Below are positions 1-9,241 of a stretch of DNA of 64,000 nucleotides, piece after piece; the first letter of the stretch is position 1; each line of letters opens with the position of its first letter. Source of the DNA: Candidatus Omnitrophota bacterium. GTDB taxonomy: Bacteria > Omnitrophota > Gorgyraeia > Zapsychrales > Zapsychraceae. A program made the translations under genes and the position numbers. The notes beneath the pieces were generated by a model, which searched no databases, was not told the origin of the DNA, and saw nothing but the letters and a program-made list of their open reading frames with translations. The stretch covers positions 5,355 through 69,354 of the forward strand of contig JANQMA010000013.1 of assembly GCA_028280285.1 (NCBI GenBank). The letters run 5' to 3'.

Positions 1-1219
1 AACGAACGGCACCAAGCAAGATACAGCAAAGATAAACAATACGATAAACCGGAACGGCCTTTGCCCCAAACAAATAATCGGCCGCACGGTCACCATAATA
101 CGACCAGGCAATAATCGTACTGAAGGCAAAAAGAATCGTTCCAATCGAAACCAACCAGCCGGTTCCCGGCATACCTGCCTCAAAAGCAGCTGCGGTTAGC
201 TGCCCCTTTACTGTAGTAATTTCATAGGCCCCGGTGCAAACGATCACAAGCGCTGTAATGCTGCAGACAATAATCGTATCAATAAACGGACCCAACATAG
301 CCACCAATCCTTCACGCACCGGTTCATTGGTCCGGGCGGCCCCGTGGGCCATAGCCGCACTCCCCAAACCTGCTTCATTCGAGAAAAGACCCCGGGCCAC
401 ACCAGCCCGGATCACACCTCCTAAAAGCCCTCCGGAAACAGCTTCAGGTGCAGTAAAAGCGCTGTGAAAAATCAACTGTATCCCCGGAAGAATTAAGGTG
501 TAATTTTTAATAAGAATCGCAAGCCCTGCCAGTATATAAAAAGCACACATAAACGGCACAAGAAAAGAAGCGCACATAGCAATACGTTTTATGCCACCTA
601 AAATAACAAGACCAACTAAAACAACAACAATGATGCCTCCGATAGAACAAAAAGCTCCTACTGCCTCAGACGCATGCCCATTAATAAGCCCATTGGCCGC
701 CGCTACAATGCTATTGATCTGAAACATATTACCAATACCAAAACTCGCGGCAATAGTAAAAAAAGCAAACAGAACGGCAAGCCATTTAAATTGCGGGCCA
801 AGACCCTGTTCAATAAAATGCATTGGCCCACAATGCGCCTCGCCCTTCTCATCAATTGTACGAAATCTAACCGAAAGTGTGCAGCTGGTAAATTTAGTTG
901 CCATCCCGACACAGGCGGTAATCCACATCCAAAAAACAGCCCCGGGACCGCCCATCAAAATCGCAGCCGCTACACCAACTATATTGCCTGTACCGATGGT
1001 TGCTGATAACGCCGTTACAAGTGCTTTAAAGTGTGAAATTTCACCAGGGTCAGAATCTTTATCATATACCCCAAAGAGAACTTTCAGTGCATGCGAAAAA
1101 CCACGCAGCTGTATAATAGACAGTTTAAACGATAAAAATAGACCCGTTCCGACAAGTAAAATCATCAAAGGAGGGCCCCAAACAAAAGAAGCAAATTGTA
1201 AAAGAATATTACTATTCAA
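1..1219 (-). CDS. Alanine/glycine:cation symporter (AGCS/AlsT family), 3' end runs off the window
   Basis: Not in the ORF track. My translation from TTG at 1219 gives MNSNILLQFASFVWAPPLMILLVGTG...GEISHFKALVTALSATIGTGNIVGVAAAILMGGPGAVFWMW, the AGCS signature. Further on it reads GVARGLFSNEAGLG. Confidence 0.92.
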   Translation of the reverse strand, partial: MNSNILLQFASFVWGPPLMILLVGTGLFLSFKLSIIQLRGFSHALKVLFGVYDKDSDPGEISHFKALVTALSATIGTGNIVGVAAAILMGGPGAVFWMWITACVGMATKFTSCTLSVRFRTIDEKGEAHCGPMHFIEQGLGPQFKWLAVLFAFFTIAASFGIGNMFQINSIVAAANGLINGHASEAVGAFCSIGGIIVVVLVGLVILGGIKRIAMCASFLVPFMCAFYILAGLAILIKNYTLILPGIQLIFHSAFTAPEAVSGGLLGGVIRAGVARGLFSNEAGLGSAAMAHGAARTNEPVREGLVAMLGPFIDTIIVCSITALVIVCTGAYEITTVKGQLTAAAFEAGMPGTGWLVSIGTILFAFSTIIAWSYYGDRAADYLFGAKAVPVYRIVYLCCILLGAVR

Positions 1220-1243
1220 TAATTAGTTTTTATTTTGGAAGGT

Positions 1244-1747
1244 TTAACGATTTCGCTGACGTTCTTTTAACTCGCGCAGTCTATCTTCTCGTTCTCGTTT
1301 TCGTTTTTCAATACGTTGTTTTCTCTCTAGCTTTTCAAGATACTCTTCATGCTCTCTCAACTTACGTGCTTGCTCTTTTTCAGCCCGCTTGCGCTCTATT
1401 TCCATTTTTTTTAATTTTCTTTCTCTATTTTTTTCGACCTTTTTTGTATCGCGTTCTTCTTTAATATCTAAAAAGAAATCTTTTTCTTCTTCCTGCTCGA
1501 TTTCTTTTTCCCGCCACTTATATAACCATAAAATCTTTTCCTCCGCCGTTGCCCCTCTCCAGGATTTCTCCTTTTCGAGTCGATATCCTTGTTTAATCTC
1601 AAATGGAACAATATCAAGGTCCTCGCCAAACTTTTCAATAACAGCCGTCTTTTTATCATCAATACGATCTTCCTCTTCAGCTAAAGCCAAATCACTCAGC
1701 TGGAAAAAAAGGAAATACCCTAATATGAATATCAGATATTTTTTCAT
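1244..1747 (-). CDS. Hypothetical exported protein with highly charged coiled-coil C-terminus
   Basis: Signal peptide MKKYLIFILGYFLFFQLSDLALA, K/E/R-rich C-terminal half, and GAGG upstream of the ATG. Confidence 0.7.
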   Translation of the reverse strand: MKKYLIFILGYFLFFQLSDLALAEEEDRIDDKKTAVIEKFGEDLDIVPFEIKQGYRLEKEKSWRGATAEEKILWLYKWREKEIEQEEEKDFFLDIKEERDTKKVEKNRERKLKKMEIERKRAEKEQARKLREHEEYLEKLERKQRIEKRKREREDRLRELKERQRNR

Positions 1748-1780
1748 AACCTCTCCTAGTACTACTAGAAGTATAATAGA

Positions 1781-2206
1781 TCAAATGGATTCTGCCCAGG
1801 CCAAGATCTGTGCCTTGATCTGATCGCGTATCCGCTCAGTTTCCGCCAAACGCTTTTCATCACTGCCGCTCAGCGCCGATGGGTCGGGAAAACCGATATG
1901 GACACGCGCACCGCTTCCAGGAAAAACCGGGCAGCGCTCAGCGCTCGCTTCATCACAGACAGTGATAATATAGTCATACGTGCGCCCTTCATCGATAAAA
2001 TCCCGGGCACTGTTTGTTGTATTTTGAGATATATCGATACCGACATTCGCCATGGCTTTAACAACAAACGGATTGAGTTGGCCTGGCTCAATCCCGGCAC
2101 TTTCGGCAACAAATTTATCGGCCGCAAAATGGTTGATAAACGCCTCAGCCATTTGGCTGCGCGCACTGTTATGAATACAAACAAATAATACTTTTTTCTG
2201 ACTCAT
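1781..2206 (-). CDS. arsC: Thioredoxin-coupled arsenate reductase (LMW-PTP fold)
   Basis: P-loop VCIHNSARSQMAE, resolving cysteines in VCD...RCP, and the DP motif. Start placed at MSQKKVLF (2206), which overlaps the crcB stop in ATGA. Confidence 0.9.
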   Translation of the reverse strand: MSQKKVLFVCIHNSARSQMAEAFINHFAADKFVAESAGIEPGQLNPFVVKAMANVGIDISQNTTNSARDFIDEGRTYDYIITVCDEASAERCPVFPGSGARVHIGFPDPSALSGSDEKRLAETERIRDQIKAQILAWAESI

Positions 2207-2589
2207 TTGACCGCCCCTCCAATAAGATGCCCCAGGAAAATAGCCCCGATGCAAAGAACAAAATTAAGCAATATATTGAGAAAAGCCACAAACGCTTCTC
2301 CTTCGATAAAAAGATGATGTGTATCCCGCGAAAAACTAGAAAATGTTGTAAACCCGCCCAAAAGCCCAACAAACAAAAATAAATCAAGATTTTTAGGAAA
2401 CACTCCTTCTTTAATTAAAAAATATTCAAAGAAAAATCCAAACAAAAATGACCCGATAACATTAACCGTAAGCGTTGCGAGTGGAAAACCGGTTAATAGC
2501 GAAACCCGTGCCGCCACACAATTAACCCCGAAGCGCAAAATAGATCCGACAAATCCCCCACAGCCAACCGCAATAATATGCCCTATCAC
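2203..2589 (-). CDS. crcB: Fluoride efflux channel FluC/CrcB
   Basis: GGFVGSILRF, PLATLTVNVIGS and GLLGGFTTFSSF motifs in a 128-aa hydrophobic protein. Confidence 0.95.
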   Translation of the reverse strand: MIGHIIAVGCGGFVGSILRFGVNCVAARVSLLTGFPLATLTVNVIGSFLFGFFFEYFLIKEGVFPKNLDLFLFVGLLGGFTTFSSFSRDTHHLFIEGEAFVAFLNILLNFVLCIGAIFLGHLIGGAVK

Positions 2590-3509
2590 GTGACATCAAT
2601 CCTTTCCGGCATTTTGTTAAGTAAAAACGCAATCACGACACCACTTAAAAAAAGTAATATGGCAAAACATAAATGGGCATCTAGATGTGGAATAATATTC
2701 ACCTGTTCAAGCGGAATAATTTTTCCATGGCGGCCTTCCATAAAAGAAATTGTGTCCTTCCATGGCCAAATCTTAGGAAGTGATCCTGCAATAATCCCCA
2801 AAATAGCTGCAATGGTTAGGTCATGATATTTTTTAAATAGCCAGCTCAGCACACGCACTATGCTCAAAACACCACAAAATATTCCTGAGACAAAAACAAG
2901 CAAAACAACAAAATCCTTTTGATCAATGGCCTCAATAATATTTCGATATTGTCCGAGCAGAAGCAGAATAAATGATCCGGAAATACCCGGCAATATCATC
3001 GCACTTATGGCAATAAAACCGCTTATAAAAATCATAAGAAGCGAATCACCGCTAAATACAGGTTTCTGGATCACAATCCACCATGCCCCCATCGCAAATA
3101 ATACGGCTGTCAAAGACAGTTTCGTATCCCATTGTTTGATCAGTTTCGCAATAAGCGGGATGGTCGCAATAATCAGTCCAAAGAAAAACGCAAAGAGAAA
3201 CTGTGGCTCATTCGCAAGAAGCCATTTCAAAATCTTCGAAAGACAAATAATGGCTGTAATAATCCCTACGACTAAATTAAGCAAAAACTTCCAATGGGCA
3301 TGCGCCAGCGCCTTTTCAAGCTGCAAAGTAAACACATATTTAAAAAACATCCAGTCAAAAGACTTAATCGCCTTAATAAATGATTCGTAAATGCCAAGCA
3401 TTAAAGCAATTGTCCCCCCGGATATACCGGGAATAATATCGGCAATGCCCATGCAAAAGCCTTTAAGAAACAAGATGAATGAAAATTTATGCTTCATTGG
3501 TTCAACCAC
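2586..3509 (-). CDS. DUF368 membrane protein (undecaprenyl-phosphate translocase family)
   Basis: Duplicated motifs MGIADIIPGISGGTIA and AMILPGISGSFILL, many TM helices, and KIWPWK. Confidence 0.9.
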   Translation of the reverse strand: MVEPMKHKFSFILFLKGFCMGIADIIPGISGGTIALMLGIYESFIKAIKSFDWMFFKYVFTLQLEKALAHAHWKFLLNLVVGIITAIICLSKILKWLLANEPQFLFAFFFGLIIATIPLIAKLIKQWDTKLSLTAVLFAMGAWWIVIQKPVFSGDSLLMIFISGFIAISAMILPGISGSFILLLLGQYRNIIEAIDQKDFVVLLVFVSGIFCGVLSIVRVLSWLFKKYHDLTIAAILGIIAGSLPKIWPWKDTISFMEGRHGKIIPLEQVNIIPHLDAHLCFAILLFLSGVVIAFLLNKMPERIDVT

Positions 3510-5062
3510 TCTTTAATGTCATTGGAATATTGATAAGGGATATTGTTGCGTTTTAAAATATGCTCGGTAATAGTCTGAATATTTTTGGTCGGAAGAATGA
3601 TCCGTGCATTATCTTGTGTATCAAAGATAATATGTTTATCTCTTTTAGAAATTTCGGTTATTTTTTGAATAAACCCTTTAAACGAGTTAATCTTCTCTCC
3701 ATTCACCGTTTCAACAATCGCCGGTCCATAGTTATGATAACCGGTGTTCACATCGTCAGGTAAAACACGCAAAAGAACAACTTTCCGATCTACTTTTTCT
3801 GCGTTAAGACGCCCCCGTCCCACCAAATAATGAAGCAGATTATTAGGCGCCTTTTCAAACCACCGATTCCCCCATGACTTTAATAAATCTGTTGTTAAAA
3901 CAGTAAAGACAAGCCCGCCATAAATGTAATAAGGAGGCCGGTCATAATGGTGTGGATGCGGGACAAGCGAAACAAAAGGTTTCAATGGAAATATAATCTG
4001 CTTTTTACGCCCGTCTCTGACAATATCAAGCTTAATGTTTTCTCCTACTTGCTTTTCAGCAACCAAATGGGGCAGCGCCAAACGTTCGGTCTCACGGAAT
4101 ACAAATGTTCCATCCTCCCCGATAGGCACATTATTAATTTTTAAAATAATGTCATTTTCTTGTAAAAAGCCGTCGGCTGATGAAAAAGGGATGACTTTGG
4201 TCACTAAAATGCCGCCTTCTTTATCTGTAATTTTAAAAAATTGGCGCAATGTCGGATTATCGGTACTATTATAATCAATGCCGATCATCGGGAAACCATC
4301 GTACACATCATCTTTAAAGTCATCAAAAAAATGCCGGATAATCGGGGCAGGTATCATGTAACCGATATTCTGTCCGCTTTGCAGCCGCTGCATAGCAACG
4401 CCTACCATTTTACCGTTCTGCACCACCGGTCCACCGCTATTGCCCGGATTAATCGCCGCATCAATCTGTACAGTTAAGAGTTTTCGCGCACTCAAAGAAT
4501 ACGCCGTTAACTCAACCCGTGAGACAACACCTTCGGTGATAGAGAGCTTATCCCCGCCTTGAGGATAACCCAAAACAGTGACCGTATCCTGCAACTGCGG
4601 CAAATCACCGATCTTAAGGGGCGTTACATCATCAAAAAAAGATTTATCCTCAACTTTCAGCAAGGCTAAATCACAATCATGTCCAATCGCAATAACCTTA
4701 GCTGTATATTTTTTGGAATCATTATTTTTCTTAACTTGAACAAATGTCGCATCGGAAACAACATGCGCATTGGTAAGAATTTTGTTTCCCTCAATAATCG
4801 CCCCAGAACCCCCGGAGGCGGAAGATCCCTTTGATTGCCAGGGTCTATAATAATCCATTCTGTTTGCTGTTACAAACACCTTAACAACACTATTTTTAAT
4901 ATTCTCTTGGGCGCATGTATTGTGAGGATAAAGAAAAAAACTGAAAAGTATTACTAAACTGAAAAAAGCCGCATGACAGGCTTTAGTGCGCCTGTAAAAT
5001 GCGCTTGATTCGCTGTATTTGCTCCTGCGGCAGGTTATAGTGGGAGGTGTTGATTTCATCAA
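3494..5062 (-). CDS. Deg/HtrA-family serine protease with PDZ domains (Deg2-like); true start uncertain
   Basis: Catalytic triad in TNAHVV, HDCDLAL and GNSGGP, plus C-terminal PDZ-like regions. See the finding on a possible frameshift at 4962-4967. Confidence 0.92.
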   Translation of the reverse strand: MMKSTPPTITCRRSKYSESSAFYRRTKACHAAFFSLVILFSFFLYPHNTCAQENIKNSVVKVFVTANRMDYYRPWQSKGSSASGGSGAIIEGNKILTNAHVVSDATFVQVKKNNDSKKYTAKVIAIGHDCDLALLKVEDKSFFDDVTPLKIGDLPQLQDTVTVLGYPQGGDKLSITEGVVSRVELTAYSLSARKLLTVQIDAAINPGNSGGPVVQNGKMVGVAMQRLQSGQNIGYMIPAPIIRHFFDDFKDDVYDGFPMIGIDYNSTDNPTLRQFFKITDKEGGILVTKVIPFSSADGFLQENDIILKINNVPIGEDGTFVFRETERLALPHLVAEKQVGENIKLDIVRDGRKKQIIFPLKPFVSLVPHPHHYDRPPYYIYGGLVFTVLTTDLLKSWGNRWFEKAPNNLLHYLVGRGRLNAEKVDRKVVLLRVLPDDVNTGYHNYGPAIVETVNGEKINSFKGFIQKITEISKRDKHIIFDTQDNARIILPTKNIQTITEHILKRNNIPYQYSNDIKEWLNQ

Positions 5063-8000
5063 ACTTCAAATCAAGATTGCTTTTGATTTTTTTCAGCCGG
5101 AAAGCGATCTGCTCTCTTGTATAGCTATTGATATTAGCTTGATTTTGCAAAGACCGCAACAAATCTAGTTCTTTTTTTAAATCTTTTATTTCTGTCTTTA
5201 AATCATCTAAATTCGTCTGTGTTTTATTGAGCGCTTCATCCTTCTCAAATAACTCCGTCTGCACCAAAGTCAACTGTTCTTCAAGGGTTGAAATATTAGC
5301 TAAATTATCCTTAATTTCTCCCCTTGCTTCAGCCAACTCCTCCTTATAAATGCCTAATATGCCTTCTAACTCATCGATTTGTTCGTTTTTTAATTTAACC
5401 TGATTGCTGAAACTTGCTGCTTTGGAGGCCACTTTTTCGTGAGACGATAACTCATCTTTTAATTTTTTCACAGCATTTTTTCGCAAGGCCAGTTGTTCAA
5501 CAGTCTCAGTATGTTTTTTATTTAACTTATCGTACTTTTTATTAATCTGATCCAGGACTTTTTGATGAACTTTAATATCTTTTTCTTTTTCCTCAACTAA
5601 CCTTTGATGCTCAGCAGAAGCTTCTTTATTGGCTGTTCGAAGATTGCGAAGCTTTACTTTTAAATCTTTCAAATTTTTATTAACTTTAGCTAATTCAACG
5701 GTTTCCCGACCGCTCATTTCAACTTGCGGCTGATTATTACTAAGGAGCATGTTTTGTTGTTTAAGCTGTGCTATTTCCTGTTTTTGTTGTTTAATAATCT
5801 TTTCTTTTCTTAAAAGTCTTTCGGTCTTTTTCTTGTTGGCTAACTGAATATTTTTCAAATTGTCTTTTACTTTTTCGAAATATTTTTTTGTTTTAGCGAG
5901 CTTTTCTATTATCTTTGCATCTTTGGCACTATATGCCCTGTTCTTACTAAGTTGTGCATTTTTTTCTTTCAGTGCAATAATTACCTGCGATTGTCTCTTA
6001 ATGATTTCATCTTTTTCAGCAAGCTTAGAAACATTCTCTTTATTTATATCCTGTGCATTTTTTATTTCTTTGTTTAAGCTTTTTGCAATTCTCTTATTGC
6101 CTGCAAGCTGCGCCTTCTTGATTTCTTCTTTTAACTCTTTCAAACGCTCATTGGCTTCAGCTAACTTTTTTGTTATCTCACCATTAACATCCACTCTTTT
6201 TTCTTTTTGTGATGGCTCTATGGCTTTTTTCTTAAGAGCGGCAATTTGTTTCGACTGTTTTTCAATCAGCCTACTTTGCTCTAAAACCTTTGCCGCTTCT
6301 TTTTTTCTGGATAATTGAACGCCTCTGATTTCTTCCTTTAAATCTTTTAAACGCCGACTAGTCTCAGCCAACTTCTTGACCGTCTTTTCGTTAACATCCG
6401 CCTGCATTTCTTCTTTTGCCGGCACTTGTTGCGACGCATTTTTCTTTTTAAACGCAGCGATTTGCCGCAACTGCTTCTTAATCAGGCTGCTTTGTTCCAA
6501 AACCTTTGCTGCCTCTTTTTTTCTGGCCAGTTCAACACTTTTAATTTCTTCCTTTAAAGCGCTTACATATTCGTTGGCTTTAGCCAACTTTTTTGCGGCT
6601 TGAATTTCATCAATGGATCGACCTTCATTTTGTTTTAACTGTGTATTTTTATCCTTAAGTGCTAAAATTTCCTGTGATTGCTGTTCAACGATCTCTTCCT
6701 GTTTAGACAGCTGCACGGTTAATTTTTTTATTTTTTTCTCAAAAGATTTATTAACGTTTTTGATTTCTTTTTCTAATTGTTTTTTCTTTTTTCTTTGTGC
6801 TATTTGTAAAGCGTTCATCTTTGTTTTCAACTGTTTAAACGATACTTCTAATTCATTATATTTAGAAATTTCAAGATCTAAAGATTCACGCTTTTCTTCT
6901 AATTGTGTCTTTAACCGCTTGATATTTTTTTCATACTGACTGATATCATCGCCTTTCTCTTTTAACTCTGCCTTTTTCGTCCGAGTGGGTGTATTGCGCG
7001 ATGCCTCGAGTTCACGAATCTCAGATTGCAAATGGCGTAAGGCAATATCTTTCGTTTCTATTTTAACGCGATATTCCGCTACCTCTCCCTGCAACTTTAG
7101 AATCTCATCGCTTTTTTGGAATAAAGTCCTACTTCGCCCCTTTTGGGCATTCACGACCTCATTAAGCTCAAGGGCTTTACGCTCAACCATTTTTTGACTG
7201 AGCTTTAATTGCGTATCAATCCGTTCTATTTCAAGATCATGAGCTTGCGTGGCCTTCAATAAGCTATCTTGCAAAGTATTAATTTCATCTGTTTTTTCCT
7301 TGATGATTTCCTGGCCTAGGGTAAAGCGGGCTGTAAACTCCTCTAGCTCGCTCTTCAAAGCCGCAATTTTTAAATCTTGTTGCTCCATTGATCTAGCTCT
7401 TTCTGCAGTCTCAAGAGTTAAATCAACAATTTCTCCCTGCATTCTGTCGATTTGCTCATCTTTTGAATCTGCCATGGAGCGCAACATATCATATTTAACC
7501 TCAGCCTGCTTGATCTCACTTTTTAATGCGTCAAACATTTTGGCCTCAGCCACTTCATTGTCTCTGCTTTTAACAATGGCAATTGTTTGGCGCTTAGACA
7601 AATCAATGCCATCTTCTGTATAAAAACGTTTTGCATAGGCACCGCCCCCCATACGCTGAGGCGAATCATACTTTTGTTTTAAATACTTATTTTTGATATT
7701 GAGAATATCGCCATATTGAACAAAAAGCTGGGTTTTCAAATCCGCCAAATAGTCATTTTTTTCCATAAGGACGGCATTAACGTCGGCCAAAAGCATCCCC
7801 TCATGTTCATCTAAGTAACTTGGTTTTGATTGATCCATTTGGGTAAACTCAATATTTTTGAGTTTTTGATTAAACACTTCCGGATCAACCCCTTTATGTA
7901 GAAGCCGCCTTTTCAAAAGCTCAATATTTTCACCTATTGTTTTTATTTCATACTGCAGAAGTGAATTGACAGTAAGCAAATCCCTGAACTGATAAAGCAG

Positions 8001-8270
8001 TATCTGGTAATCAGCGGGCACAGAAGGATCTTTGAGAAGTTCAGTTAGAGCATTTTGCGCATCTGTATTGGCTGGATCGATAACAAGCACTTGAACAATT
8101 GCATCAATAGACTCATCCACCTTATTGGCCTTAAACATTCGTTCACTGTCTTCCTTGAGAGCAGCAATGATATTGACGCGGGAAGATTCTGCAGCAGGCA
8201 CATACGTCATGTTGATGGCAAGCATAAGGCCCAATATCACAAAAGTTGTTGTAGAAGTGAGGTTTAACAT
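4983..8270 (-). CDS. Long coiled-coil protein with N-terminal signal/TPR-like segment and internal ~71-aa repeats
   Basis: Hydrophobic N-terminus (start placed at MLNLTS), TPR-like VLVIDPANTDA, about 900 aa of K/E/L/Q heptads, and repeated KKEAAKVLEQS. Confidence 0.75.
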   Translation of the reverse strand: MLNLTSTTTFVILGLMLAINMTYVPAAESSRVNIIAALKEDSERMFKANKVDESIDAIVQVLVIDPANTDAQNALTELLKDPSVPADYQILLYQFRDLLTVNSLLQYEIKTIGENIELLKRRLLHKGVDPEVFNQKLKNIEFTQMDQSKPSYLDEHEGMLLADVNAVLMEKNDYLADLKTQLFVQYGDILNIKNKYLKQKYDSPQRMGGGAYAKRFYTEDGIDLSKRQTIAIVKSRDNEVAEAKMFDALKSEIKQAEVKYDMLRSMADSKDEQIDRMQGEIVDLTLETAERARSMEQQDLKIAALKSELEEFTARFTLGQEIIKEKTDEINTLQDSLLKATQAHDLEIERIDTQLKLSQKMVERKALELNEVVNAQKGRSRTLFQKSDEILKLQGEVAEYRVKIETKDIALRHLQSEIRELEASRNTPTRTKKAELKEKGDDISQYEKNIKRLKTQLEEKRESLDLEISKYNELEVSFKQLKTKMNALQIAQRKKKKQLEKEIKNVNKSFEKKIKKLTVQLSKQEEIVEQQSQEILALKDKNTQLKQNEGRSIDEIQAAKKLAKANEYVSALKEEIKSVELARKKEAAKVLEQSSLIKKQLRQIAAFKKKNASQQVPAKEEMQADVNEKTVKKLAETSRRLKDLKEEIRGVQLSRKKEAAKVLEQSRLIEKQSKQIAALKKKAIEPSQKEKRVDVNGEITKKLAEANERLKELKEEIKKAQLAGNKRIAKSLNKEIKNAQDINKENVSKLAEKDEIIKRQSQVIIALKEKNAQLSKNRAYSAKDAKIIEKLAKTKKYFEKVKDNLKNIQLANKKKTERLLRKEKIIKQQKQEIAQLKQQNMLLSNNQPQVEMSGRETVELAKVNKNLKDLKVKLRNLRTANKEASAEHQRLVEEKEKDIKVHQKVLDQINKKYDKLNKKHTETVEQLALRKNAVKKLKDELSSHEKVASKAASFSNQVKLKNEQIDELEGILGIYKEELAEARGEIKDNLANISTLEEQLTLVQTELFEKDEALNKTQTNLDDLKTEIKDLKKELDLLRSLQNQANINSYTREQIAFRLKKIKSNLDLKFDEINTSHYNLPQEQIQRIKRILQAH

Positions 8271-8353
8271 TGGACAGAAAGTATAACATGTGATTACACG
8301 AGGGGCAAGGCGTGGAAGGATCACAAATATTAGTCTTGCAACAACTTACAATC

Positions 8354-8851
8354 CTAATATTGGTTTTTGGCCAATTTACGCCTAAAGGCCGGCCAATAAT
8401 CTTCCCCTAATATATAACCTGTACAATTGTAGGACCCGCAGTGGCAGGGGTGATCCTCGTAACTATCGAGGTCATACCCGTAATTGTAGCTCAATTCCTC
8501 ACCTTTTTTGATGTCACGCAGAGCCACAATCCAGATTTTTCCCTTAATAATGTCTGATTCGCAATTAGGATCACAAGAATGGTTAATGTAACGGGCGGTA
8601 TTGTATTTGACATGCCCATCAATATCATGTTTTTTATTTAATGTAAAAATATAGACTGCACCCAGCTCAGGATTCTTTTTATTCTCCTCAAGAGGAATAT
8701 CTGCCCTTCTATCAGATTCCGCTTTCGTGATCCGCTCACCAACATATTCAATAATTTTGGTTCCTTCTTTAATATTCTTCTTGGCATAAATGCCAATGCC
8801 ATGAATATATGATTTTGAAACACGGATATACGGACTTGTTGTAGGCTTCAT
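8354..8851 (-). CDS. SET-domain protein-lysine methyltransferase with post-SET cysteines
   Basis: HGIGIYA, IIEYVGE, ARYINHSCDPN, GEELSYNY and CHCGSYNC motifs. Confidence 0.93.
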   Translation of the reverse strand: MKPTTSPYIRVSKSYIHGIGIYAKKNIKEGTKIIEYVGERITKAESDRRADIPLEENKKNPELGAVYIFTLNKKHDIDGHVKYNTARYINHSCDPNCESDIIKGKIWIVALRDIKKGEELSYNYGYDLDSYEDHPCHCGSYNCTGYILGEDYWPAFRRKLAKNQY

Positions 8852-8878
8852 AGTGTTTGCTCGTTTTCTATTAATGGA

Positions 8879-9241
8879 TTAATGACTGTCGATAATCTCG
8901 GAAAGTTTTTCAATCGTGCTTGGCTTGGCAATAAATTCATGCCCGCCAATTTTCCCCCCTTGGGAGACAACCTCATCGGCCCTGACTGTCGCTGTTAAAA
9001 AGATAACAGGGATATTTTTTATTTCGGAGTTATCTTTTATTTGAATCGCAATATCCGGACCCTCTAAATCAGGCATAATGACATCAAGGAGAATAAGATC
9101 CGGTTGTATTTTTAAAATTTCTTGGATGGCCAGTGTCGCACTGTTAACAGCAAAAACTTCATATTTGCCGGTTGCTTCCAAATTAAGCTTTAACATGTCA
9201 GTGAAGCTTTTTTCATCATCAATTAAAAGAATTTTTTTCAT
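8879..9241 (-). CDS. Single-domain response regulator (CheY-like)
   Basis: LLIDDE, LLDVIMP, FLTA and AKP motifs. Confidence 0.92.
   Translation of the reverse strand: MKKILLIDDEKSFTDMLKLNLEATGKYEVFAVNSATLAIQEILKIQPDLILLDVIMPDLEGPDIAIQIKDNSEIKNIPVIFLTATVRADEVVSQGGKIGGHEFIAKPSTIEKLSEIIDSH

Noticed and set aside
234-1226. Several short ORFs in the track (234..467, 674..1006, 703..912, 879..1226)
   Set aside because: They are antisense or out-of-frame shadows of the AGCS symporter gene.
2203-2620. Fluoride riboswitch upstream of crcB
   Set aside because: crcB overlaps the DUF368 stop, so there is no leader space, and no motif was recognised.
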